This document shows, piece by piece, positions 1 to 14,429 of a DNA stretch of 64,000 nucleotides. Within the stretch, counting starts at the first letter, position 1, and each line of letters starts with the position of its first letter. Under the pieces are notes generated by a model. The model saw nothing but the letters and a program-made list of their open reading frames with translations. It ran no database searches and was not told where the DNA came from. This DNA comes from Camelus ferus (Eukaryota), in assembly GCF_009834535.1 (NCBI RefSeq), contig NC_045696.1, positions 93,746,001 through 93,810,000 on the forward strand, in the 5' to 3' direction. The position numbers were made by a program, and so were the translations under genes.

Positions 1-740
1 CTTTTAAAAAATAGTGCCTATCAGCAAGTTCAATTTTGAGAGCTATGACTTAACAAGATATAACTTCCATGCTCTTGTATACAAGGCCTTCAAATCATTA
101 CCATTATTTCTCCAATTAGATCTTAGTAAGTCGTTAAGTTAGTTCTATATCAAACATTTTAAAGTCTATTTTATCTTGAAGTTCCTCACTCCCACCACCA
201 CCAAATACAATGACTTTATATTAAATATCGTGGAGCAAGTAGACATTTCTGTTATTTTAGGGAACATTTCAAAACAATTATTAGTTATAAGAAAAACTGA
301 ACTCTATAAACATTTGGAGGCCAACAGAACTGAATTAATTTTTAAAATATAGCAATTCAAAGAGTAAAACCTTATTTTGCTGGCACTCTTGAAAAATGCT
401 AGCTGAAAAATCTTGACTTCTCAAGTCAAAATGATGTAGTGATTGTTGATCTGCAGCATTTGTAATGTATAGTTATCTGAAAAACAAGTATACAATGAGC
501 AACAAGAACACCAAGTCTTCAGATTATTTCCTGTCAGATCGCGGCAATGTGAATGGAAGAGATAAGCTCACATGAATATCAACAGGCGTTAAGGTCTAGT
601 GAATACACCTTGAAGATCTGCAGTGACCTTCTCCCATGTGCATCCATGTTCTTTTCAATATATTTTAACCTGGAAAAAAGTCTCACTTGCATTAGTCATG
701 ATGTCAGTCTTAGCTGCCTTTCTGAGGTTTTATTTAGAAT

Positions 741-892
741 GGCAGTTCTTAAACCTAACTGCATATTAAAATTACCTGATGATGCCTAGTCAGCGTCTAG
801 GCTAATTAAATCAAAATTTCTGAGTATTTGTACTTTGAAAAAATGTGCCTGAAAAAATTCTGGTGATTGTATAGACTTCTGGGAACCACTGG
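741..892. mobile_element. MER5-like hAT-Charlie MITE
   Basis: Starts ggcagttcttaaacct and ends gggaaccactg, resembling degenerate MER5A termini. Confidence 0.5.
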
Positions 893-2524
893 TTTAGAGC
901 ATAATATCTGCCAGACTCAAAAAGTAAAATACCTGTAGGAATTCTCTTTCTACTTTTTCTACCCCTGGGATTTGGTCACTGGCTTTAATGTTCCTCCTTT
1001 TAAAATCCTTTGTCTGACATTGCCTTATCTCAGTAGATGGTGGGCTTGGGTTTGCTTGGGATTTACTTGGATACACGCCCTAACAGCAAGTAGTTAAGCT
1101 AATAGGCTTAAAAAAAAAAAAAACCCAAAAAACTCTGTATGAATAATCTAACCCTTAGGTGCTTTTATAGAATTGGATATTGGCAGTTTTGATTTAATTT
1201 GCTTAGGCACAACAATTTTGACCTTGAAATAATTATGGTTAATTATTAGTTTAAGTATTAAATTTGAGACACTTTTATTTCTAAAAGAAGGATGGGAAAG
1301 AGAGAAATTAATCTGGGGAGGGCTTAAAGTGCTATTTGCAGAATAAAAGAGCCTATGTGAACAAGAACCTGAGGAAGGAATGACCTTTATTTTTCTCAGC
1401 TATGCTAGGACCCACATGATTCTCATCAGTATAAATGTTTATCGTTAATGAACAATTGTCTCTACATTTTAGTTAAATTACAGTACAAAGAGAATCACAA
1501 AATGCTTTGTGACATTTCAGCCAATGAATTAGTCATAGTTCTCTGGACACACCTAATAATACTGATGCCAGGCATCTAGATAATAAGATCATTACCTTTA
1601 TGAGTTATCTTTTGAGTTATTCATGCTTTAATATTTCCATTCTATGAGAGCAGTACTTTGCTCATGTGTGATCCTATAACAGTAAACTGAGCATAGCATG
1701 CTGTATATAGATGGAACTCAGGTGAGAGGTGGAGGAGAGCACCATAGTTTAAGTCAAAGAATGTGTCATAGTAATCTTTTAATTATTTTTTCATGTAAAA
1801 GGGAGCTTAAATGGGGCCTTAGATGAAAAAATATTGTTTATTTTTATAAAACACATAAATGAGCAATTTAATATGATCACATAAATGTAGAAGTAAATAG
1901 TGTAGAAGCAGTTCCCTTGCAAAAAGGACAGTTTTCCTGCTTATTTAATTTTATTTTGCTTTGTTCCCTATTTGTGTTAAATGACTGTGGCAACAGTAGA
2001 GGTTTGGGGAGATGGGCATCAGTTCAAATGGTAGAAAAAATTTTTCCACCAAACAATAATTTTGCAATAATTATTTGGGTTTCTGTGGCAGAATGTAATG
2101 CATACAGTTAGCTCCCTGGAAGTAGATGTCAGAATAAAAGTTCAGTTCCATAAGGAACTGCACATCATTGATGCTTACAAGTTTAGCCAATAGGAAAATA
2201 CACGAACACACTTTATCAGAGGTGTTATTGAAAAGCGCTAGCTAATGTAATAACTGTGTGCCAGAACAAAAACATTTGTATTCATTTACCATGTGGTCCT
2301 AATCTTTTGATTTTCAAAATAGATTGATTTTTGAAATAGAAGAGGGTTGGGAGTATTTTGGTTTTTGTTGTTTTTTCCTTTGAGTGTTTCAACCAAAAAG
2401 ATGAACTGAAAACACACGCAGACACATACAGATGCACACACACATCCCAAGGTTGATTTCATGTTTCCTTTTTGTATTTTTTAAATGTAAAGAATGTTAT
2501 GAATAGTGGCACAAAAGGAAGAAG

Positions 2525-4647
2525 AACAGTGTTGAAGGTCTTATACTACTTGATTTCAAAACTTACTGTAAAGACACAGTAATCAAGACAGTGCGGTACT
2601 GGCATAAGGATAAACATAAAGATAAATTAAACAGTATTAGAGTCCAGAAAAAAATCTTTACATTAGTGGGAAATTGATTTTTATTTATTTTTAGTGAAGG
2701 ACCATCAGTTACAATGTGTCAATTTCTTGTGTACAGCACAATGTCCCAGTCATGCATATATGTACATATATTCATTTTCATATTTTTATTAAAGGTTATT
2801 ACAAGATATTGAGCATAATTCCCTGTGCTATACAGAAGAAACTTTTTAAAATCTATTTTTATATATAGTGACTAGCATTTGTAAATCTCAAACTCCCAAA
2901 TTTATCCCTTCCCACCCCCTTTCCCTGGTAACCATAAGATTGTTTACTATGTCTATGAGTCTGCTTCTGTTTTGTAGATGAGTTCATAGTGTCCCTTTTT
3001 TTTCTTTTTCTTTTTTTAGATTCCACATATGAGTGATATCATATGGTATTTTTATTTCTCTTTCTGGCTTACTCCACTTAGAATGACAATCTCTAGGTCC
3101 ATCCATGTTGCTACAAATGGCATTATTTTATTCTTTTTTATGGCTGAGTAGTATTCCATTGTATAAATACACCATAACTTTTTTATCCAGTCATCTGTTG
3201 ATGGACATGTAGGTTGCTTCCATGTCTTTGGCTATTGTAAATAGTGCTGCTATGAACAGAACATTGAGGATCATGCATCTTTTTGAATTAGAGTTCAACT
3301 GGTTTTTAACAAAGAAACCAAACAATTCATTGGGTAAAAGATAGACTTTTCAACAAATGGTGCTGACAATTGGATATTGATATGTTTTAAAAAAAAAAAA
3401 GAAAAGAAAAGAACTTAGACCCTTATGTTACACCATAAACAAAAGTTAACTCAAAACAGGTCAAATATATAAATGCAAGAACTTAAACTACAAAACTTGT
3501 AAAGGGTAACAGGAAAAAACTTTTATAACTTTGGGTTAGGCAAAGAATTCTTAGATATGACTATGACATCAAAAGCATAATTCTTAATGAATTGATAAAG
3601 TTGAACATGAAAGTAAGTAAATAACTTCAATTTATAAAAGAAAGTAAATAAATGTGTATTCCAAAAGACGCAATTAAGAAGATTAATAAAAAAGCCACAA
3701 AGTAGGAGAAAATTTATCAATTATACTTCTGGTTAAAGACTTATATCCATAATATATGAAGAATTTTTACAAACAATTATAAGAAGAGTGACTCAATTTT
3801 TTAAATGAGCATAATATCTAAAAAGATATATGACCAAAGATACCAATTGATTGATGAGCACATGAAAATATCCTCAACATTACAGAGAAATGCAAATTCA
3901 AACCACAACCAGATACCACTACACACTCACTCAAATGGCTTTGCAGTTTTAAAAAAAGACAGTAATAAATGTTGGTGAAGATGTAAAGAACCTGGAACAT
4001 TCATACACTGCTGGTAGAAATGTAAAATTGTACACCCACTTTGGAAAAAATGTGATGATTTCTTAAAAAGATAAACATGCACAACCCAGCACTCCTAGGA
4101 TTGTACACAAGAGAAATGAATACATATGCGCAAAGACAGGTACATGAATGTTTATAGCAGCAGTATTTATAATAGCCCCAAACTGCAAGCAATCCAAATA
4201 TCCATCAAGCAGACAATGGATAAAAGATGTGGTATAACCATACAACAGGATTCTGTTCAGCAATGAAAAGGAATGAACTACTACTACATACTACCTACCA
4301 CGTGAAAAAAATTCAAAAATAGTATACCAAGTGAGGGAAGCCAGACCCAAAAGACTACATAGTGTATGATCCCATTTATATGAAATGTTCATGAGATTTA
4401 AATCTATATAGACAGCAAGCAGATCAGTGGTCGCCAGGGGCTGAAAGACAGAAAAGGGATTACCAGGGAATGGGCCTGAGGAAACTTTTTGGGGGGCAGT
4501 GATGGAAATGTTCTAAACCTGGGCTGTGGTGGTGAGTGCACAACTCTAAATTTACTAGGAATCATTGCATTGTCCATTTACAATGGTAGGTTTAGCACTA
4601 TGTAAATTATACCTTAGTAAAACTATTTGTAAAAAAAAAAAAAAAAA
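2525..4647 (+). mobile_element. Old L1 (L1M-type) 3' portion: ORF2 end, 3' UTR and poly(A); interrupted by a younger L1
   Basis: L1 ORF2 hallmarks (acagtaatcaagacagtgcggtactggcataag; aaatgcaaattcaaaccaca; atgtttatagcagcagtatttataatagcc) and an A-tail at 4631-4647. Confidence 0.85.
2683..3295 (-). mobile_element. Younger 5'-truncated L1 3' end nested in the old L1
   Basis: Reverse-strand L1 3' UTR and ORF2 end (ccatccatgttgctacaaatggcattattt), closely similar to 17783-18558. Degenerate TSD aattgattttt / aactggttttt. Confidence 0.85.
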
Positions 4648-5029
4648 TTGCAGAGCAAGAAGATGTTCTAGCCCAGAGCACACTGCTTATATTGACTTAC
4701 ACAGACATGCTTTATAAATTTAAAACCCAAACATCTTTTACCTAAAATCTCTCTTTTCTTTGATACTTTATTCTTGTTCAAGGGCCATACTATCAAATAG
4801 ATTTTAAGTAATGACACAACATATTTTCTTCCCACTCACTTTAAAATTATGTTTCACTGCCAATTCACATCACAATCACATTATTTTTGAAATACCTGTC
4901 ACAATTTACCATCCCCCTTCACCCTGTGGATTTTATTAGTAACTTCTGCTGGATTTTTTAAAAATTCAAGACTACTGGTGATGAGGACTTAAAATAATGG
5001 TCAACATTTCTTAAAACATACCCTCTTCT

Positions 5030-5230
5030 AAATACTTTACATGTCTATTTTATTTACTTCTCACCTTACTTCATTTTATTCTCAAAATAACTCCATGAAA
5101 TAAGCATTATTGTTACTCCTATATCATGTTAAAGGGGCTGGAGGCACAGGGAAGTTGCCCAACATTACCCATACCCAGAGTGGTAGAGCTGAGATGTGAC
5201 TCCAGAGTCCAACCTCTTTAACCGGTGAGC
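5030..5230. mobile_element. MIR SINE remnant
   Basis: MIR-like core (gaggcacagggaagttgcccaacattac...gtggtagagctgagatgtgactccag). Confidence 0.55.
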
Positions 5231-7789
5231 TGAAAGGCCTCTCAAGAGCATTGAGAGAGAGGGAGTGTTTTGCATTTTCTCTTCCATTTCTGTTTCAAGG
5301 GCTTTGTTGCCTTGTGTATCATTACATAAAGCTCTCTAAAACAGGAATGCCCTGTGATATGTATTCTGTTGCTTCCCTCCTGGTCCCCTAAGACAAACCA
5401 TGAAATGTGTGGGCACTTTATATAAATTTATTATCCATTCTTCCAAAGTAGCATTTGTTTGGTTCTAGTAATTGGGCAAATTAATAAATACATATACATA
5501 CATACAACATGAATAGCACACACTCGTTTAGTTGACCTCCTGGTAGAACTTTGAATTTAACCCCAATAACTAATCTCTTTATACACATTGCTTCATCCTG
5601 ACATGTATAATGTGTACAAGGAGAAACAACTTGAACAGAGATGATTGGTTTACAAAAGCCCAAAGCTGCTATAATGCATTTTTAGAAACTTCAGTTATAG
5701 CAGAGGAAATAAGTCTCTAAGAAAATTGAAGGCCTGACTATAAGACTTCTTTATAAACAATGAGATGGTTATCGTGAAAAATGCCTCTTCCAGCAACTAA
5801 AGGTTGAATAATTAAGGAGCAAATGATAAAAACAAGGAAATTGTTTTATACTTTTCATAATCAAGGATAAGAACATACACCCAATTTCAGTATTACTCAT
5901 TTTTTACAATTTTTATACTGACTGCTACTGTGGGTTATGAGTTATAAGAAAATATAATTTAATTCATAATAACTTTCAGTATTAAAATCCATCAGCATGT
6001 TAAAAATTAACATTCTGGCACATCTAGTCCTCTGGCGAAAATAACATCCTAGTTTCAAGTTGACAAAATAGCCTAAAGGTATTTTGGACAGAAATTTATA
6101 CAGATTTAATACTGACAAAGATGCCCTGTGGTGAGCTTTGACGATGGTATTGAAGAGAGTTCACTGGGGAGAAAAAAACTTTTAAAAAGATGAAAGTCAT
6201 TTGAAAAAATACAGTATTTACACAATGTAATATTTTGGCATGAAACTATTGAGGACAAAATGTTTTCAAACCATTTGTTAAATTTTTTAAGGTAATGTTT
6301 CCTACTTAATGCAAACTTGCATATTAACACAGAGAGCATACCTCTACCAGGAAAGGAAAAGAAAGAAAGCAATATTAAGAAGTGGCTCTTGGGTGAACAT
6401 TTGAATTAAAATTTCATACTGAATATCTCCTAAGGAGCATAGGATATTAGAACTTTCAGAAACAAACCTCTTCAAAAGCTGCTATAGAGCTAGTTCTAAA
6501 TATTTCTCTTTGTTCAAACTGTACCACATCATTTAAGACTTGGAAGGCTAGCCGGAGAGAATAAGGCTATTAAGCGCCTCTGCTGTAGCATTCTGTTCAA
6601 AAAGATGAGTGGGTTTTGGAAATGCCAGTAAGTTTGCTCAGCACATTCCAAGAGCTTCTCTGAGGACCAAAGTGCATCTCAATGATGGTATCCAAAAAAG
6701 CAAGAGATGGGCCAACAGACAACTGCTTTGTAATCCTTTCCTTGCTTCCTAAGATTTGCCAAGAAAGGTTTCTTCTACTAAAACATGATCCCTGAGCTGC
6801 ATACACTTAGCCAAATGAATTTGACATGTCTATGTTCCTCACCTTTGCTATTAAAAATATTGGGATATTCATTTTTGGACATTTTGGCCAAGCCTGGTTT
6901 GAGCCTGAAATATCCCTTTGTTCTTGGGTATTGTGACAGACTGGACCTTTCGCCCTCAACGTCTTGTCATTTGGGGGCTCTTGGAGAATGTTAGGACTTG
7001 TGTGAGCTACTTTAGATGTGGTCAAGCTCTCAAAGAGCTCATAATTTTTTCAAACTGGTCAGACAGACAACTCTAAGCATCCAAAAGATATTTTCTGCAG
7101 CAGTTATTTTTCCCCATTTTTGCCACTCTTCTATTAGACATAAAGATTAAAATTGCTTCATCCACTTTCCTTTTATTCATGAATTTGGTAAGTACTTATT
7201 TAGGGCCAGCTATGTGCTAGGCACTGTCATAGGCTCTGAGAATGTAGCAATGAATAGTCACCTACTTCTTTTTGTGGCATATACTCATTACCCAAAACCC
7301 CACACATCCCACTGGTTCAGAAAAGTTGATGTGTAGATACCTGAAAAAAGGGGTCCTGAGCAAACTAGGAAAGCATCTGAATTCTGGTACCGGGTGGTGT
7401 ACCTTCTCTTTAGGCCTTTAGTATACAAGAAGATGGAAAGCGGGATAAACTGCATCTCTTGTTCTCATCATGTCTAGTCGTAAAATATACAGTGACCATA
7501 TTTCCATAAGCAATAACAAAGAATCTGATTACAAATTCTGGCTAATGTAAACATGTAAGACAAGAATGGATTTTATAAACTGGAACTGTCAGATAAAACC
7601 CAGGCTATTTGATTAAAGTATGTGGCATTCAGTGATGAAGCATCGTGGACTTATTTTAAAATTTCCCAAAGGCTTCTCAGTGTACATTTCATCAGCCGCT
7701 GTCCCCATATTGGGCCCTGAGAAGAAAGTGTGTATATGCATCTTTGCATTGGCTGCATTTGTGGTAGCCTGATTCCCCATCTTGTATTC

Positions 7790-8750
7790 CCTACCTGTCC
7801 AGGGATCAACTTTTCAGTCTTTATCCTACCTGATATCTCAGTAGCATTTGACACTGTGATATTTCTCTTCTACTCTTTCTTTGGCTTCCATTTCATCTTA
7901 CATTTTGCATTTCTGATTACTGTCCTATCCCTTTGGTTCACTCCTTTGTAGACTCCTTTATGATCTCCCCCATCTCTTCCTATTTCTTAATTGTTCATAT
8001 TCTTCAGGATCCTCCTCTCATTTCACACACTCTCCTGACTCAGTTTCATCTCAAATGTATACCTAAATATCTATTCAAATATAGATTTCAGGTCAAATCT
8101 CCCGTGAACCTTAAGCCCCAATATCCAAATTCCTACTGAATTTCTCCAGTTGGGCACCCATCAGTCACCTCAATTTCAACTTTCCAACACTGAACTCCTA
8201 ATCTTCTCCTGACTCGATCCCTCCAAACTTGCTTCTCCTCTGTGTTCCTTCTTTCTGGAAATCACACCACCACTCATCTGGTTGCCCAAGCCAGACACTT
8301 GGTCAACCTCCTTGATGCCTCTTTCTCTGTCACAATTCACATCAAATCAGTCACCAAGTCCTACATCTTAAGTATGTCATGTTATCCCCATGTCTCACCA
8401 TAGCCATTGTTTTCCCCCTAATTTAAATCATCATTCTCTCTCTCTCTCAGTGGTTTCTTTGCTGGCCGGCCCTTCTGCCTATGGTCATAAACTCTTTCAA
8501 TGTATTTTACTGACAACCCCCAACCCAGAATAAATTTGCAAAATGTAATTTTCATTATATCAATCCCCTGTTTAAAACACTTTCTGGTTCGTTTGTCATT
8601 CAGGACAGGGTTGAAAGACCTTAATGTGGCTTAAGCAGTTGGTTTTGTGATTTCATCTCTCCTCAACCTCCTTTTGAACTCTGTCCTTCAGTTTTTCTAA
8701 CTATTAATAATTTTATTCTTGAATATACCATGATTTTTCTTTCAGATCTT
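7790..8750. mobile_element. L2 LINE remnant
   Basis: Pyrimidine-rich L2 signatures (ctcagtagcatttgacactg; cacctcaatttcaac; gttgcccaagccagacacttgg; aatcagtcaccaagtcct). Confidence 0.7.
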
Positions 8751-11055
8751 TGAGCCCTATAGTCAAGTTTTTCTTAGAGGATTCTTCAAAGACTACCTGG
8801 TACTATGTACTGTTATGTGATCTCATGTCCAATGCTTCACCAATGGTGTGTCTCTAAATAAGCCTGATATTCCTGCTATGATTTTTTACTACTGACCCTT
8901 AAGACAGGCATGTATACAGGTTATGTGAAACTTGAATATTATCTCTTTTAGGGAGACATCTTTTTAAAAATGTATACAAATCATGAATAAAAAATTCAGT
9001 ATGAAAATGAATATTTATTTAGAACAAGAAAAGAAACCACCTCAAATGGATTGGTACCTTGGAGATTTGGGTATTTCTCTTCTGAGATCTCTTTAGGTTG
9101 TTTCCCAGATACACTTGCCTAGTTGCTTTCTGATTGTAACCTCGTAACCTCATTCCCCCTTTCCACTCAGGACACTACAACTTCCATTAATCATCAGTAC
9201 TCAAAGTAGCTCATGGAACTTTACCTTCATGATAAACCTCCTAGAAGTTCTGATATTTTTAAATAGTTTTTTAAGCATCCTAGCTAATGTAAATACCCAT
9301 TTGCTTTTTTTAGTTTTAACTCTGACTGAAGCTTGTGAAATCAGACAATAGGGGCATGTAGCAAGATATTTCTTAATGTCCTTTTCTGAAATGTTCAGTA
9401 AATTACCAGGAAATTATTTACTCTGTGTGATATCACAGCTCCCTCTTCATTTTCTAGCTCCTGTCAGTGGTTCCCAAATATGGCTATATAGATGAATCAA
9501 CTGGAGAGCTCTTTACAGTTATAGATTCTTGGGGTTCCAATTCTAAACCTTCTGAGTTAGACTCTGACATGGTGAGGCCAAAAATCTTTTTAACAAACTC
9601 TGCTGGTGATTCTTATGTGTCCAAATCAGCACCAGTCTCATACTGGCATTTGGAAACAACTGGCTGAAAGAACTGAAGAAGCAAGGTCGAAGGCCTGACT
9701 CAATGAAGAGCAAATAGTCTCAATCAATGGATTTAATTTCCTTCAAACACATTGATAATACAAAGAATCATTGGTTCTAAGAACCTAGATGCCCTATTGC
9801 AGATTCCTAGGACTGCCACATTAGGATAGCCAACTTACTCTGAAATTATTTTTTTTTCTGAAACTTTCATTGATAGGGAAGAGGGAAAAAAACACTATGC
9901 ATTGGCCTAATTTAAAAAAAAAAAAGACATTGGAGACTCATCAGTTTTCACCCTGTGAGGCTAAAACGTGCATTTGTGCATATGGTTGTCCTATTATCCG
10001 CTACACTAGTAACTTATGTGATTTAAAATCAAAATCCAGGAAAAGTTTAAATTTAAATAGCTTAGTAACTCAATCAATTAAAAACACACTATCGGGTATG
10101 TTACAAACAGGTAGATTTTATTAGGACAGGGACTTTTATCTATCCATGATGTTGATATATGGGTATATTATTCTTTCCCTAGAAATAAGAAGACTGGTCA
10201 GATGTGCCATTTTCACTTTTACAGGACTCATTTCCTCTGAGGGCAAGTGGTTAATTTCCAAAGAGTGTTCATATGGGTGATGTATAACTGCATCATTAGC
10301 ATTCTCTTTCTTTGAGATCTAATATTACTAAGATTTGTAGTTAATTTTTTTCTAAAGAACCTTTGTAATAATGTTTTTTAAAAGAATTGCTTTAGTATTT
10401 GCTGTGTGGGATGGAAAGATTTTGGAGACCTTGACTTCTAAATCAGTCTGAGAAAGCAATTTCCACATGTCATGTTCTATTCTTTTGTATGTAGTGAGAA
10501 GAAAAAACGAAGCAGTCTTTTCATATTCCTTTCAGTTTAAGATTTGAAAATTTGCTTTGTATTTTCTTCAAAAGAAAAATGAGTCGCATCAGGCTTTGTC
10601 TTAAGAATAATGACTTTATTGTTTTAATAAAAATAACATATGCTCACTTTTTTTTTAAATTCAAGCAATATAAAAAATTACTAAGAAGAGAGAGACAATG
10701 AGCCTAAAATTATACTTCTCAGAAAGAACCACAGCTCTCTAAATATATATACAGAGACAAAGATGGATGGATGGGTGGAAAATTATTTTATATCCCCAGT
10801 CCTTGGAATAATGTCTGGCTCATAGTAGGAACTTAATAAAAATGTATTAAATGAATGAATTAGATCAAATAATTGAATAAAATAAATGAATAATTTTTTT
10901 CTGGAAACATACTGACCAAATTAGAATCTCAGTTCTGCTGCTTAAAATGTTTGACTTTAAAAAAAAGATGCTTAAAATCTCTGCAACTCAGTTAACTGTA
11001 TAATGGGGATAATAATACTACTTACCTTCATCAATGGCATTAAGTGAAATCAGAT

Positions 11056-11099
11056 TGTGTATGTGTGTACACACGTGTACATGTACACATGCGTGTGCA
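11056..11099. repeat. 44-bp perfectly alternating purine/pyrimidine tract containing palindromes
   Basis: tgtgtatgtgtgtacacacgtgtacatgtacacatgcgtgtgca, read directly from the sequence. Confidence 0.9.
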
Positions 11100-11104
11100 A
11101 TATT

Positions 11105-11297
11105 GAAAGATACAAGGACCACTAGTAGAATTTGGTGCCACTGCCATGATTCATGTTGAAGTGTCAACAGTTTTACCCATCATTGCTTTTGCACCAGCAG
11201 TGAGCATGTCAGTACAGGCAGAATGGTAAATGAAGCTTTTGTATTATTATGAAAATAGGTTTTAACTATACAGACCCCCTCACTTTGAGAACCACTG
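11105..11297 (-). mobile_element. Charlie1-like hAT DNA transposon end
   Basis: Reverse complement begins cagtggttctcaaagtg...gttaaaacctattttcataataatac, resembling the Charlie1 terminus. Confidence 0.6.
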
Positions 11298-11644
11298 TTT
11301 CAAACTACCTCTTGCCAAAACAAATTTATATTCAGAATTCTCAGGGTATTTTCAAGTCGTCTTCTGTACAACTGCTTGTGGAAGTGGGTGAATCGTTTGT
11401 TTCTTTTTGTGGCTATTATGTTTGGAAGCTATGCTTGAGGCTCAGTCCTCTATTTGGTTGCAGCTTGAACCCACAGAGGGTTTTTTTTTTTTTTCCTTCA
11501 TTTTATTACTGAGAGAAATTCTGTAGTTAGGCTACATTCTACCACCTTCAGCCATTAAGTGTATTTGGGATTTTGAGTTAATTAAAAATTGCATTTTTTT
11601 TACTATTAAAATTGGAGTTTCTCTTCCATTGAATAGGATTTTGT

Positions 11645-12145
11645 GTCCATCAGGGCTTAGTCGGGGAGCAGAAGCACTAGGAGTGTTATGGGATAAGAGA
11701 CTTATTTAGGATTGTGGGACATCTGGGGAAGTGAGGGTCAGAGAAGGAGTTACCATTCAAATTGAGAAGCCAAGTATGTCTAGCCACCAAAGTAGGAACA
11801 TGAAGTGGGAATCTGTGTAGAGGTCTATGAAAAGCTGTTGCCTGTGAATAAGCCACAACCTCTGTGGGTCCATAGCCAAGCATCTAGGGCTGGATCTGAG
11901 CCACTTAATGCCGGGAGTCAGTAAGAAAAGCTAGATGTGGAAAAGGAGAAGATGACAAGGTGGCACGTGCCAGGCATGACTTCTGTCTGTCTCTATATCT
12001 GCCTGTGGAAGGAGTTTCAGATGGTTATGGCCACAACCTAGTTTCTACCTTCCAGATATTGAGCAAGCCATCTTGGCCAATTCTAACTTGGGAGCATACA
12101 AGGAAGGGAGTTCTGGGGAATGTAGTTCCCAGCTTAGCTACACAG
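11645..12145. mobile_element. ERVL-class solo LTR (MLT2/LTR16-like)
   Basis: ~500 bp segment with tgtccatcagggcttagtcggggagcagaagcact... and gggagttctggggaatgtagttcc, typical of ERVL LTRs. Subfamily uncertain. Confidence 0.5.
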
Positions 12146-13102
12146 CCAGAGCAAAGTCTGATGGCATATGTTATCTTTTTTTAAGGTATAAATATTAGAC
12201 TTATGAAATGATTTTCTAGATAAGAAGTATAAAAGAACTTTCTAGAGAATTTTGTCCTTTATTTGCAAAAAAAAAAAATCTGCAAAAAATATTAGAAGGA
12301 AATCCCATTAATTTAGATAGCTCATAATATCCACATAGGCTGTATGGAGTTGAATGATTCTTTTTTCAAAAAGATTAAAATTCTTAAAATTATAGTCACA
12401 TGGACGTCATCCTTAATTTGCTATAACCTAGAGACTGCTTGGCATGTATTCTTCAGATATTATTTTAATTGCAAAAATTACATGGCAATGTATTATTTTT
12501 ATCATCAGGAAAATTTAACTATGACATACATAATACACAGAATGCATGGTGGCTTAGATTTCATGTATTTTAAAAGTAACAAAGTGTTCCATCACCAATA
12601 ATGCCTTATTGATAAAAAAAAAAGGGGGGGGTCTTTGAAGGGGCTTGGATCCATAATTTGGGAGGAAGTTTTTAAAGAAATTTTTAAAATTTTTATTTCT
12701 TTCAGAAGAGTATCCCTGCTTAGATACTTTCAAGTAATAAAGCTCTTTCCTTGAGGCTAAACTTTGCTGAAATAGAGTCAAAGAGTTACTGAAATGGAAG
12801 AAACAAAAATTACTTTGGGGTTCATCTGCCTGACCCTCTCTTTATATAGATAATGAAATGAAGGTCTATAGTGAATACACTACTCTCCTCGAGTCACACA
12901 GCTATTCACTTATTGGCAGAACAGGTACTGTATTTCAGGGTCTCTTGAATATCAAATGCTCTTTAAAAAAAAAAAACTCTACCAAGGAATTCTTTCCATA
13001 TTATGTAACATTCTCATTTCAAGTGTACAATTCAATGATTTCTGATAAATCTGTTTTAGATCATTTTCATCTCACTAATTAACTCCCATATGCCCATTTA
13101 CT

Positions 13103-13333
13103 TTTTTATTGAAGTATAGTCAGTTTACAATGTTGTGTTAACTTCTGCTGTATAGCATAGTGATTCAGTTATATATATATGTATATATATATTCCTTTTC
13201 ATATTCTTTTTCACCATAGGCTATTACAAGGTATTGAATATAGTTCCCTGTGCTCTACAGAAGGACTTTGTTGTTTATCTGTTTTATGTATAGTAGTTAG
13301 TATTTACAAATCCCGAACTCCCAATTTATCCTT
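13103..13333 (-). mobile_element. Short L1 3' UTR insertion with TSD
   Basis: ttttattgaagtatagtcagtttacaatgttgtg... flanked by catttact at 13095-13102 and 13334-13341. Confidence 0.8.
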
Positions 13334-14429
13334 CATTTACTCATAATCCATCACCATCCCCTGCCCCCAGATACCCCCAATCTACTGTCTCCATAGATTT
13401 GTTTTTTTGATTTTATCTTTTTACTCTATTATGCTGTCTGATAAAAACATTTTGTTTTCTATACTTTTATAAATACCATCAACATGAATATTAACACCTT
13501 TTCTGAAGTTCAATAATCTTACCAAAAACATTGTATTTATCCTTTGAAATTGTCTTGCAAATGCAAATATACCTTCATTCCTAATCTAATTCAGATTCAT
13601 AAAGTATGAGGAAATTATCTTGTGCAACAATTTTTAATAGGATATTCCTAACTGATACAATACCCAATTGAATGGGTGTTTACCATCTAGATTTTTTTAA
13701 ATTTCTTTTCTTAGGATTCATTTATTCCTGATAAAATTGTATATTCTAAATGAAATCAATGCATGCTTGCTTTCAAGCTACAGTTTATTCTCTGTTTTGT
13801 TAGAAAAACAGAATTGGTAGCAAATGAAAATAAATTTGGATACATATTATGTCTAATCTGAAATGTTATTATTAGAGATATGACAAGAGATTTAGTTTCT
13901 ATTTGACCAGAGAATGGAAAATATAACCAATAATCCCAAGAGCTACAACACATTTAAATTCAAAATTCCCACAGGATTTTTTACAGCCTGTGATGATTGT
14001 GCTCATGGGCTTAGATAAAGCCAAAACATATGAACTGGAAGTATGAGAATATCAATTCCCATAAATAAAAAAGAAAGCAATTTAAATGCAATGATATACT
14101 CATTTCAGAAGCTTATGTTTTGGTCATTAAATCAACATAAAATGAAATTTGATCATTTTTCATCAGAATGGTTCATCATTTGTAATACATGTCATTTCAA
14201 TAAAGTCTTGGAATATATTAAAGGCATTTGAAAAGGTAAGGTTTTTTTTCATTCTATTTAGTTATAAATTTGGCTTTGGGGGGGTTCTATTATCCTTTCA
14301 ACTGAAATTGAATTCTCTCCTCTACTTCTCTAAACTGCTAACACTATAAAAATAACAAAATCTGTTCACCTGTATCTTGTATAAAATCAAGTGACTTTAG
14401 AACTATAAGGAGCCTTATGGATCATATGT

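Noticed and set aside
8890..9240. Possible old DNA-transposon remnant
   Set aside because: No TIR or TSD identifiable by eye.
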